DNA from: Takakia lepidozioides
Taxonomy: Eukaryota > Plantae > Bryophyta
Direction of reading: 5' to 3'
Assembly: GCA_030704615.1 (NCBI GenBank)
Contig: CM060733.1
Coordinates: 20,894,001-20,958,000 of the forward strand
Length of the DNA: 64,000 nucleotides
Both the position numbers and the translations under genes were made by a program. Shown here in pieces: positions 36,901-45,754 of this stretch (position 1 is its first letter; every line of letters begins with the position of its first letter). A model generated the notes under the pieces. That model saw only the letters and a list, made by a program, of their open reading frames with translations, was not told the DNA's origin and did no database searches.

Positions 36901-39661
36901 TCTTGGCCCCAGTTATTAAAATGATGAATACTTTACACGGTAAAGTTGAAAAAGTGGGCATGCCTGGGGAGTGTAAGCACCAAGAGTTGACACCAAATCA
37001 AAGCCACATGCTGCAGCACGAAGGCCACAGGAGGCTTGACTCTGCGAGACAAAAAAATTCACTTTGCATTAGGAAGGTTCTCAAGAGATGCAAATAGGCC
37101 ACATTTCTTATTTCGGGGTTTTTTGGGGGTGGCGGGTAGGATTTCTTGCAAGTAGACTGTAAAAACACTACCATTTCTTGCTCATCCAATCACCAGACTT
37201 GACTTCTTTGAGACCAAGTTTGGGCTAATCTCTACACGAGGGCTAGTAGCACAGTTTGAATATTGCACTCCATATGTTGAATATGTTTAAGCTACAATTG
37301 TACTCAGTATAGATGGCCTTCGATCATCTACTCTCAAGCCTGATACAATCAGCTAGTCTCACCACATCATGGGTGCCAGCGGCAGGATGATCTACTAGAA
37401 GAATGCTGCAACAACCATTTGCACGCTAATATGTTCACAATTGCAGTTAGTGAAATAGGAAGTTTGTTTTGCGTAAATTCAGGTAAACCTCATTGCTTGC
37501 AATGTCAACAGGGAAGCAGACAATCATTGAATCTCCAGCAAACTGTGAGACAACATCCAAAAAATTTGAAGTTAGAGAAGCCCCGAAAGGCATGGAGGCA
37601 GGCAAGGAGAGAAAACAGACGTACTTATTAGACTAACTTGCAAGCAACCAATGCAGGGTTTCTCACTGGTCTTCTACAGAGAATACAAAGCAGGTGACAT
37701 CAAAAGTGTGCTTGATATGAAGAGAGGGAATAATACCTTTGTGATGTCGCCCCCATAGTCCAAGATCAGCTGGATAGCCTATACAGTGATATCATCCGAG
37801 AAATGGGTTAGCATGGGAATCAAACGCATATTGAGATCTCCTTCAGAGGTAACTGGCTATAGCCTGACTACAAAGATCTCTGCCCATGTCAAGTCTAGCG
37901 TCTGGAATTATTTCGGTGCCCTGGGTTTAGGGAGGACTAGTTCCAAAGTCCTTTCTGCAGATTTGCACTTCTGCTGTGGACAAATCAGAACCATGAACAA
38001 ATTGCAACTTCCTATAATCATGAGGATGGAGTTTGCCTGTGATGCTACAAGGAAAAGAAAGAGGAGACACAATTAGCCCCCAACATCATGGACTCTGGCT
38101 TTGAGTAGCAGCACACTAGACCCGCAAAGTTGGAATTGATCGCCGAGTAAGATTCCTGGTTGCTGATTTTTTGTGTATTTGTTCAAGGGACTCAAAGTTG
38201 GGTCATCCACTGCTGCACAGCGGTAATTGTCATGGCAATTTTCCATTCTTTCCAAACAAGCAGCAAAAGTTATAGTAGAAGCTCACAGTCAAATCGAAGG
38301 CAGACCTCGTCAAAGTAATTGTTCATACAGACAGTAAGTTCTTCCACAAGCTCTGTGCCACGCTTTGACGTCAATGCGCGCTCAGTTAATGGAGTAAATC
38401 CAGTTATGTCGGCAATAAGTACAGCTGCTGTGAAGCCATCCATTGATGGTTGTCTGGCAACTGTGTCTGCAATTCACCAACATCCAGCAGGGAAAGAGCA
38501 GTTTCAGAATTTTAAGATCCTGGCAAGTGCATGTGGCAAGTCTGTGTGTAGCAAGTCTCTGCATTGAGACAAAATCAGTGCATAAATCCAATACAGGTTA
38601 AATTGATTTATAACCAGATCTGTGATGATGTTTTGCTAGTTACAGGTTTTACTTCTGCTGATGATACTGGTGGCTATTACATCTCAGAAGCATAGAGGGA
38701 AAAATAAGTATTACCTAGCTCTTTAATTGCTTTCTGGAGCAACAAGCGAGAAAGATATGGTGTCAGAGTCATCAACTTGTCCCGGGATGTTTCCTCTCCA
38801 TCTAAGAAAGCAGGACTGGCTAGCGAGTCCTGCATTCCAATGCTCTCTGAAATAGAAATTGAAAGGTCCTCTGTGTCTTGCCAAGTTGGGAAAGCCGCAT
38901 TTTTAAGAAGAGATTACTAGAGAACACAATCTGCAGAAGCAACTCACAGATGTCTGGTTTCAAACATGGAGAAGTCAAACCAGACATTTCCATCTAAGCT
39001 GATTTCAAAAGTTTCAATGTGACAAAGGGCCTTACGTCTTTACCTTATAATCTGGATTAATCAGAAAAATACAACCCTAAACTATAATCCCAGCTGGTGA
39101 TGAACGGTTTTATACCATGAATGCAAAATCCTGCCAGCTCTCCCAGCTAGGTGTGTCTGCAAGCATGCTGCCCGGGGTTACGCTGCAGATGGAAGCCGAT
39201 TCAGCATCAAACATGGCCGGGGCTGATATCCTTCTCATTCTCATTGCATCAAAGGTAGCTGGGGTTCCAGCCGAAGGTGCAGTAAACATTAGGTTTTCGA
39301 CCTTAAGTGGCTTCGGGGGAGTCCATCTAGGACCCACTGAATTGATTTCACGATGAGGAAGCCTGTCATTGGCATCTAATCCTCTACCGCGATGATTCTG
39401 TTCTTCATTGTTACCATCTACACAAGGCAGGGGAAGTGGGCAAACTGCGTCTGAAGCCTCTCCACCTAGTTCTTCGTCTTTGTGTGCCCCTCCCTCTCGC
39501 CAACCATCTTGCCAATCAACAGCCTTCCCCCTCACCAAGTTTTGCTCGCAAACATCCGGCTGAAGAACTAACTCGACACAATTCCCTGACGGCCCAGGCA
39601 ATCTTGCAGAATCAGCCATGGTTCCATCTAGCCCCGGATCAGCCTGTACATCCTCTGACAT
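15971..39661 (-). CDS. Multi-exon soluble adenylyl cyclase (ADCY10/sAC)-like protein: C1 with inserted receiver, C2, STAND NTPase, helical/TPR-like repeats; 3' end uncertain (~15971-16230)
   Basis: Hand-spliced exons with phase-consistent junctions give, in order: 'AAVLIADITGFTPLTE...NNYFDE|AIQLILDYGGDITK|FAGDSMIVCF'; the receiver; 'LKVMIGMGE|V...RWEFFMAD...PIDQL...G|DVILSPEIW'; 'RYLPEVL...AEVRYVTCVF...FRMDEKG|YLLICAFGLPGNLHEDD...IGVTTG...RCEYTVFGDPINLSARLM|ILTD...VKGKKGPINVY'; 'MIGRKEE'; Walker A 'GHAGIGKS'; Walker B 'IIFVEDAH|LLDKPSW'; 'GHPLFAEQM'; 'SRIDLL'; 'IRDVAYEVL'; then helical repeats. Confidence 0.9.
19719..19790 (-). ncRNA. tRNA-like sequence in TRIM 3' LTR (pseudo-tRNA)
   Basis: GGACGGG TA GCTC AGTGGTA GAGC A CCCCA CCGGAA TGGGG GAGGTC CTAGG TTCAATC CCTAG CCCGACC A. 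It forms a cloverleaf with A and B boxes, one acceptor-stem mismatch and a non-canonical anticodon loop. Confidence 0.8.
19940..20011 (-). ncRNA. tRNA-like sequence in TRIM 5' LTR (identical copy)
   Basis: Same 72-nt sequence as 19719-19790. Confidence 0.8.
23957..24142. repeat. ~93-bp tandem duplication (2 copies) in a cyclase intron
   Basis: 'aattcaagctgccatgatccagatcaaaacccggcaccagcaga...gacatctttccttatctctcca' occurs twice. Confidence 0.9.
25900..26670 (+). mobile_element. 5'-truncated non-LTR retrotransposon (RTE-X/L2/CR1-like 3' end) with (ATTTC)n tail
   Basis: 'KQDRNRCIRRELRELHIRRTWKP...KLHFYQETF' matches ORF 32057-32698. It is followed by the family 3' UTR 'gtcccataagctctttgagctttccgc...taaagtacc' (twice) and ATTTC repeats. 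Confidence 0.8.
28410..30997 (-). other. Cyclase domain C2 with adenine-specifying Lys/Thr and transition-state Asn/Arg
   Basis: 'MDEKG', 'AFGLP', 'HEDD', 'IGVTTG', 'EYTVFGDPINLSARLM' and 'VKGK' in ORFs 30758-31006, 28509-28952 and 27731-28579. Confidence 0.92.
29210..29535 (+). mobile_element. Cluster of 3' ends of the same LINE family
   Basis: Three copies of the 'gtcccataagct..gagctt' motif, 'gaggccttcacccttagacaatc' and (ATTTC)n. Confidence 0.8.
31200..31945 (-). mobile_element. Older, diverged 5'-truncated copy of the same LINE family
   Basis: Reverse complement similar to 25900-26600 and 31946-32600 ('GLSIASLLPQ', 'LTLRQSL', 3' UTR motif at 31205-31255). Confidence 0.75.
31946..32600 (-). 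mobile_element. 5'-truncated LINE copy with open C-terminal ORF
   Basis: 'LGRFRMGSHNLRIETGKWENLHREDRLCAAC...IETEEHFFFYCPLY' is the C-terminal CCHC region of a non-LTR RT ORF2. It is followed by the family 3' UTR and a short ATTTC tail. Confidence 0.85.
33990..36440 (-). other. Two-component receiver (REC/CheY-like) domain encoded by 4 exons, inserted within cyclase C1
   Basis: Spliced sequence 'RVMVVDHVMLNGVGLSKMLSKLNCE|VVLARNGTEAV...FHLIFMDVNMPIMDGFEATRRVR...|RRPTYIIG|VCAHYDDELRKSCIASGMDELLAKPV'. The DxxMPxMDG and KP motifs are conserved. Confidence 0.88.
36982..38450 (-). other. Cyclase domain C1, N-terminal half (both metal-binding aspartates)
   Basis: Exon ending at 38306: 'AAVLIADITGFT' (Asp codon 38410-38408). 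Exon 37778-37737: 'AIQLILDYGGDITK'. Exon 37542-37489: 'FAGDSMIVCFPVDIASNE'. Exon ~37042-36982: 'SQASCGLRAAACGFDLVSTL'. Confidence 0.88.
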
Positions 39662-40341
39662 TGTACTCCTCTATCCCTAACCTCAATCCGCCAATAAAAT
39701 CACACGGTATTTGGCACCACTTTCACCCTCCTTCAGTCACTTCTCTTGATCGCCACAATGTCCTGCAGCTGCAATCTCGCAATTTGCCACATTACCAGGC
39801 AGGGATTCGCTCCGACAATTAAAATCACTCAATCAATCAAGATTCGTCAGAAAACATGACTTTTATCATCAGAATCATGGTTCTGCGACCAACAAGACGA
39901 TCGATCATCACTGCAAAATACAAACTTTCGTGATTGCAGACTTGCACTCTTTCCCAATCTCAATGTCGATCAAATGTCTCACTCTCACAAACTATAATCA
40001 TTCTCTGACATTGTACTCCCAATCCGCCAATAAAATCACACGGTATTTGGCACCACTTTCCCCCTCCTTCAGTCACTTCTCTTGATCGCCACAATCTCCT
40101 GCAGCTGCAATCTCGCAATTTGCCACATTACCAGGAAGGGATTCGCTCCGACAATTAAAATCACTCAATCAATCAAAATTTGTCAGAAAAAAACATGACT
40201 TTCATTATCAGAATCATGGTTCTGCGACCAACAAGAGGATCGATCATCACTGCAAAATACAAACTTTGGTGACTGCAGATTTTGCACTCTTTCCCAATCT
40301 CAATGTCGATCAAATGTCTCACACTCTCACAAACTATAATC
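39651..40341. repeat. ~345-bp tandem duplication spanning the 5' region and putative ATG of the cyclase gene
   Basis: 39651-40000 and 40001-40341 are near-identical ('ctctgacattgtactcc...caaactataatc'). Confidence 0.93.
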
Positions 40342-40645
40342 CAGCAACGCCTGGCCTACCACATCTACGGGATGGTGTTCGGTGATGAAAACATTCCTCG
40401 GTGTGGATTTTGGACCATGAATGGAATGCTTGCCGATTCTCTGGTTTGCTCATCCATGCAGCGACGATCTGATCCAGCACGTGCACGCACTTCGAGAATC
40501 ACGTGTGATATTCTCTGCGGGACAGTAACTGACGGCCCAAAACCCTCGGCCTGTTCCTCGGGGGCACTTGGCAAAAAGCCATTGAATGTTCGTTCCGCGA
40601 TGCCGGATTCCGTGTGACTGTTTCTGGAGGTCCGATAGTCTTGCT

Positions 40646-40684
40646 ACGTGGCAGAAATATAGACGGTGGCGCTGGCAACGTGGC
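40646..40684 (+). promoter_or_regulatory. Two ABRE/G-box-like ACGTGGC motifs upstream of PWD
   Basis: ACGTGGC at 40646-40652 and 40678-40684, ~150-190 bp before the PWD ATG. Confidence 0.4.
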
Positions 40685-40834
40685 AAGTAGCCACCATGTC
40701 GAGGGTTATATGTAGGGGGAGAAAGAAGAGAGTTTTGAGAAACTCTGAGAGAGAGAGTGAGAGAGAGTCGGGGAAGGAGAAGCTGCAGTCGAGAATTGCT
40801 CTTCTTCTGCAAGATCTTCTTGCAACTGTTAGAC

Positions 40835-43800
40835 ATGGTTGCTACACGGATTCTGCTGCAGGAGGGTGCGGGAAGGATTTCCGGAGTGCGTAGAGAGGAA
40901 AGTCCAAGAGCTTCTTGCAATGTGACAACACAGAGCGGATCTCGGGTTGCGAAGAATGTGAGTGTGCCTTTTTCGGCCTTCGAAGGACTACGGATGGCAG
41001 CGCCAGTAGCTGGGAAGCTTGCTTTGGTGCAATCATCTAGAATGGGATATTCGAGTGTGAGAAGGAGCGGAGGGATGAATGTGAGGTGCGACAAGACGGT
41101 GAAGCTGAGGCTGAGATTGGACCACCAAGTTCAATTCGGGGAGAGTCATGCCCTTTTGGGATCGGCTGAGTGTACGGGATCATGGCAGAATCGAGTCCCA
41201 ATGTCGTGGACCGAGGGTGGCTGGGTAGCAGAGCTTGAAGGGAAATCTGGGGAGAAGATTGAATACAAACACATTCTTGTGACAGGAGATGGAAATCTCG
41301 TCTGGGAGGAGGGTCCAAACCGATCTATCTCTCTGCCGACTGAGGGCTCGTTTGAGGTTGTCACACACTGGGATTTCACACATGAAGAAGTGAGTTTTCA
41401 AGGGGGGAATGTGCCCAGTCCGTCGGTGGTAGAGGTTGCTGTGGGGAAAGTGGAAGAGAGAGAGACTGTGTCCGTGGGGACATCGTTTGTTCAAGGGTGG
41501 CAAGGGAAAGAGATCTCGTTTATGAGGTCGAACGACCATGCCCGCGAAAGGGTGGAGAAGTGGGACACCACGGGGCTTCATGGACCAGCCCAGCAGGTTG
41601 TCGAGGGAGACCGGAGTGCAAGCAACTGGTGGCGCAAGCTAGAGGTGGTACGTGGGCTGATCAGTGGACCCTTCGGCAAGACAGACCGACTGGAGACTCT
41701 TATCAATGTCGCAGTGTACTTGAAATGGATCAACACCGGGTCAGTTGCTTGCTACGAAGATGGCCAGCATTACCGACCGAACAAGCATGCGGAAATTTCC
41801 AGAAAGATTTTTCGGGAGCTTGAAGACATTACCGCAGAGAAGACCACCAGCCCCGACGAACTCTTGGTGATAAGAAAGATCCACCCGTGCTTGCCAGCAT
41901 TCAAAGCTGAGTTCACGGCATCAGTGCCACTAACGCGCATCCGTGACATTGCACATCGCAATGACATTCCTCATGACATGAAGCAAGAGATCAAACACAC
42001 AATTCAAAATAAGCTACATCGGAATGCTGGGCCAGAGGATCTGGTGGCGACAGAGGCGATGCTTGGACGCTTGACCAAAAACCCAGGCGAGTACAGTGGA
42101 GCATTTGTCGAACAGTTCAAGATCTTTTATGCAGAATTGAAAGACTTCTTCAATGCTGGAAGCTTGACAGAGCAACTGGAAGGTCTGCGGCCAACGCTCG
42201 ATCAGCAGCAACTGTCGGTGCTAGATACCTTCATTACGCGAAAACAGAGCCTCGATGGGCTGGGGTCCACGACTAATGGCAGCGCCGCGAAAGGTACCGA
42301 GTCACTGGTTGGTACCATGCATGCTTTAACCAGCCTTCGCACTACCCTCCTGAAGGGATTGGAGAGCGGCCTGGGCAACGATGCCTCTGATGAGGCCATT
42401 GCCATGCGCCAGAAGTGGCGGTTATCGGAGCTAGGGCTGGAGGATTACTCCTTTGTGTTGCTTAGCAGGTTGATAAATGCTTTGGACAGTGCGGGTGGGG
42501 CATCATGGCTTACAGAGGAAGCAAGAGCTGGAAATGTGGCCAAGTGGAGTCACGCTCTCGGGGCCGTTGTGTTGGGTCTGCGGCAGCTAGGTCTGTCAGG
42601 CTGGCAGCAATCAGAGTGTGCAGCAGTAGAGAATGAACTACAGACTTGGCAGGCTGAATCCGTCAAGAAAGAAGGCGATATGAAGGATACGAGAGACTGG
42701 GCTCTAAGACTGAAGGCAACGCTCGACCGTGCTCGCCGCATTGCTGAGTCCTACTCCGACACTCTGCTGCGGCTTTTCCCTGACCGTGTGCAGCAACTAG
42801 GTAAGGCCTTGGGGATCCCAGAGCATGTTGTGCGCACTTATACCGAAGCCGATATCCGTGCCAGTGTGGTATTCCAGTTGGCAAAGCTGTGTTCAATTCT
42901 ACTCAAGGCCGTCCGGAGTACTGCTGGTGGGGATGGCTTTGATACTCTTATGCCTGGGAATGCCGTTGGCACTCTTGTGGAGGTCAACAAAATCATTCCA
43001 GGTTCATTGCCCTCATCTGCAAAAGGCCCTGTTATCCTACTGGTGAAAACAGCAGATGGAGACGAAGAAGTTAAAGCAGCAGGGCCAAACGTGGCAGGGG
43101 TGGTGCTTCAACATGAGCTTCCACATTTGTCGCACCTTGGTGTGCGTGCGCGCCAAGAGAAAGTGGTGTTTGTGACATGTGACGATGAGGACAAGGTTGC
43201 AGATATCCGGACTCTGATAGGTGGAGTTGTATCATTGGAAGCATCCTCCGAGACTGTCCACATCTATGAGTATAACGGGACTCTAGAGAAAGAGACAGAG
43301 CTGGTGGGGGTGGCTGCCGCACAACGGTTGCAAGAGAAAGCTGTGGGCTCTCCTGACAATGTCAAACAGAGCTTGGTGGTGAAGAGTGCACCGGGTACAG
43401 TGCTGGAACTGTCCAAGGCCAACACTGAAACAGCAGGCTCTAAAGCAGCTGCATGTGGCACACTTGCTATTTTAAGTGAGAAGGCTTCAAAAGAGTCTGG
43501 TGAACTAGGTGGATTGGTGACATTCCATGTACCAAATGGTAAAGTGATTCCCTTTGGGGCTATGGAAGAAGCGCTGAAAAGCAGTGGTTCCATACAGAAG
43601 TTTCAAGCCCTCGTAGAGAAGGTGGAAACTGCCCCACTAGATGGTGGTGAGTTAGACAGAGTATGTAATGAATTGCGCTCTCTTGTGGCTGCCCAAAGGC
43701 CTGTGAATTCCATAATTAGTGGGCTTGCGAAGGGCAGCTTCTCCAAAGAAGCTAGACTTATCGTGAGATCCAGTGCAAACGTGGAGGACTTGGCAGGAAT

Positions 43801-44401
43801 GTCTGGTGCTGGGTTGTATGACTCCATCCCCAACGTACAACTCTCTGATCCTGAGAATTTTGGTAAAGCTGTCGCAGAAGTTTGGGCATCACTCTACACA
43901 AGGAGAGCTGTTTTGAGTCGAAGAGTTGCTGGAGTACCACAGAAGGAAGCTTCCATGGCAGTGCTAGTCCAGGAGCTTCTCTCACCCGACCTCAGTTTTG
44001 TGTTGCACACTGTCAGCCCAATCGATCATGATGAGAATGTGGTACAGGCAGAGATTGCAGTGGGTTTGGGAGAGACTTTGGCCTCAGGGACTAGGGGCTC
44101 CCCATGGCGCCTGGCAGCAAATAAGTTTGATGGATCAGTGAAGACCTTAGCCTTTGCTAACTTTAGTGAGGCACTAGTCGTTCGAGATGATGGGGAGGTT
44201 GCAGACGGGACTATGGTGCGGCAGGTTGTAGACTACAGCAGGCAGCCCCTTTCTGTCGATCCTGACTACACTAAGCACATAGGCCAGCGCTTGGCTGCAA
44301 TTGGATTCTTTTTGGAGAAAAACTTTGGTGTGCCCCAGGACATTGAAGGCTGCATTGTAGGAAAAGATATCTACATTGTGCAAGCACGCCCGCAGCCATA
44401 G
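40835..44401 (+). CDS. PWD: Phosphoglucan, water dikinase (chloroplast), single-exon CDS of ~1188 aa
   Basis: Transit-peptide-like N-terminus; CBM20 'VKLRLRLDHQVQFGESHALLGS...WEEGPNR'; 'HTIQNKLHRNAGPEDL'; phospho-His motif 'ELPHLSHLGVRARQEK'; nucleotide-binding 'VRSSANVEDLAGMSGAGLYDS...PQDIEG...VQARPQP'. Confidence 0.96.
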   Translation: MVATRILLQEGAGRISGVRREESPRASCNVTTQSGSRVAKNVSVPFSAFEGLRMAAPVAGKLALVQSSRMGYSSVRRSGGMNVRCDKTVKLRLRLDHQVQFGESHALLGSAECTGSWQNRVPMSWTEGGWVAELEGKSGEKIEYKHILVTGDGNLVWEEGPNRSISLPTEGSFEVVTHWDFTHEEVSFQGGNVPSPSVVEVAVGKVEERETVSVGTSFVQGWQGKEISFMRSNDHARERVEKWDTTGLHGPAQQVVEGDRSASNWWRKLEVVRGLISGPFGKTDRLETLINVAVYLKWINTGSVACYEDGQHYRPNKHAEISRKIFRELEDITAEKTTSPDELLVIRKIHPCLPAFKAEFTASVPLTRIRDIAHRNDIPHDMKQEIKHTIQNKLHRNAGPEDLVATEAMLGRLTKNPGEYSGAFVEQFKIFYAELKDFFNAGSLTEQLEGLRPTLDQQQLSVLDTFITRKQSLDGLGSTTNGSAAKGTESLVGTMHALTSLRTTLLKGLESGLGNDASDEAIAMRQKWRLSELGLEDYSFVLLSRLINALDSAGGASWLTEEARAGNVAKWSHALGAVVLGLRQLGLSGWQQSECAAVENELQTWQAESVKKEGDMKDTRDWALRLKATLDRARRIAESYSDTLLRLFPDRVQQLGKALGIPEHVVRTYTEADIRASVVFQLAKLCSILLKAVRSTAGGDGFDTLMPGNAVGTLVEVNKIIPGSLPSSAKGPVILLVKTADGDEEVKAAGPNVAGVVLQHELPHLSHLGVRARQEKVVFVTCDDEDKVADIRTLIGGVVSLEASSETVHIYEYNGTLEKETELVGVAAAQRLQEKAVGSPDNVKQSLVVKSAPGTVLELSKANTETAGSKAAACGTLAILSEKASKESGELGGLVTFHVPNGKVIPFGAMEEALKSSGSIQKFQALVEKVETAPLDGGELDRVCNELRSLVAAQRPVNSIISGLAKGSFSKEARLIVRSSANVEDLAGMSGAGLYDSIPNVQLSDPENFGKAVAEVWASLYTRRAVLSRRVAGVPQKEASMAVLVQELLSPDLSFVLHTVSPIDHDENVVQAEIAVGLGETLASGTRGSPWRLAANKFDGSVKTLAFANFSEALVVRDDGEVADGTMVRQVVDYSRQPLSVDPDYTKHIGQRLAAIGFFLEKNFGVPQDIEGCIVGKDIYIVQARPQP

Positions 44402-45754
44402 ACCAGTGGGGTATAGAGAGATTACAGAGAGAGACCATTCTCTCACTTATGATTATTCAGTAAACTGTAGTTATATTTGAATTGCCCTCATACTTATAAT
44501 CTGGCTGTTTGGAAGACACAAAGTTTCAAGTTGGACTCATAAGGGATCTGGCTTTGTTAAGATAGAGACAGAGATGCGAAAAGAAATACGAAAAGATTTT
44601 AGGCAGAGAGTATGATGGTTGTAGCCCTCCTGGATGAAGTGCTGTTGTCCGTTGGGTTCTGGCATGCTAATTCAAAGCGGTTGACCCAAGGAGTGATTCT
44701 CTGTTTGTGGACCATGCCTGAGTGAGCAGTCCTTGGGCTTTCCAAAGTTGGGAGGATTGAGGTTTTTGGTTTATTCAATTGGGATACATGGACAGACTTC
44801 CCCTTTTACTCCTCCATCAAAACATGTTGCAGGCACATTGCAAAGTTAAAGCTTGCATGTTGCTCAGGATTTTATCGCCTGTAGAAGCAGGACTTGCCAT
44901 TCCCTTGAATGTCAAGCTATTTTTTGTAGTGCAAGATAACCATGTGAATGCTAGGCAATGCATCTAAGCTGGCAGCTTGCATATGGATTGTTCTTACCCA
45001 CAGTTGAGGCATGTGATGGGACTATGGGCAAAGCTTGCATTCATTAAGCCGTGAAATTGAACATCGGACTCAGGCAGATTCGCCTCGTTCTCTCTTCCTT
45101 TGAGAAACCACACCCCCCACTTCATACGAAGTATATCGATCTACGCTCTAAAAGCTTTACATTACCGGTGTGGAGGTAATATTTTGGTCTGTCTGCGTGT
45201 GTGTCTCGTGCCGGGCACATGAGCAGTTCGCTGCATCCTAAGCGGCGGCGGGAAGTGGTGGGCCCTGCCAGCGGCTGCAGCCAGGCGGTCCCTGCTTCCA
45301 AGGGGGCAGCCCCCGCGGGTGGGCACATGTGCACGGAACTCTACCCCCGGGGCGGTTGTGGAGGAATAAGAGTTACTAATGAATAAAGGCCCATTTAGTC
45401 AATAAAATATGGTGAGCTTGAGAATTACCTCCAAGCAAGCTAGACTGGGCTTAAGAAGTGGCCACCATAGTGCCTCTACAAAATAAAGGCCCAATTATTT
45501 TCACTAGTCAACCAAAGATTGAGAGCTTGAGAATTACCTCCAAGCAAGCTAGGGTTTGAGGATTAGGGTATGGGGTTTTGGTGTGGTTTACATCGGAGGC
45601 TAAGTTAATTTGAGAAGGATTTGTAGGTGAACGTGGAGGATGTTGAACTTGTTATTGTACTTTGTGTTCTCTTTTTGTTCCACGAGACTCTCCAACATTT
45701 GTTTCCATCATTCCCAAAAAAAAAAAAACAACTCTTATACTTCCGAGGTTGGTC

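Noticed and set aside
15971-39661. Bacterial contamination, or a separate response-regulator gene and NLR gene
   Set aside because: Spliceosomal introns with consistent phases link the cyclase, receiver and NTPase exons, and the flanking genes are plant nuclear genes. The NTPase motifs are of the cyclase-associated STAND type and no LRRs are seen.
40842-44446. Antisense ORFs over PWD (and similarly over the LINE and PPR)
   Set aside because: Shadow ORFs of real coding sequence with no independent evidence.
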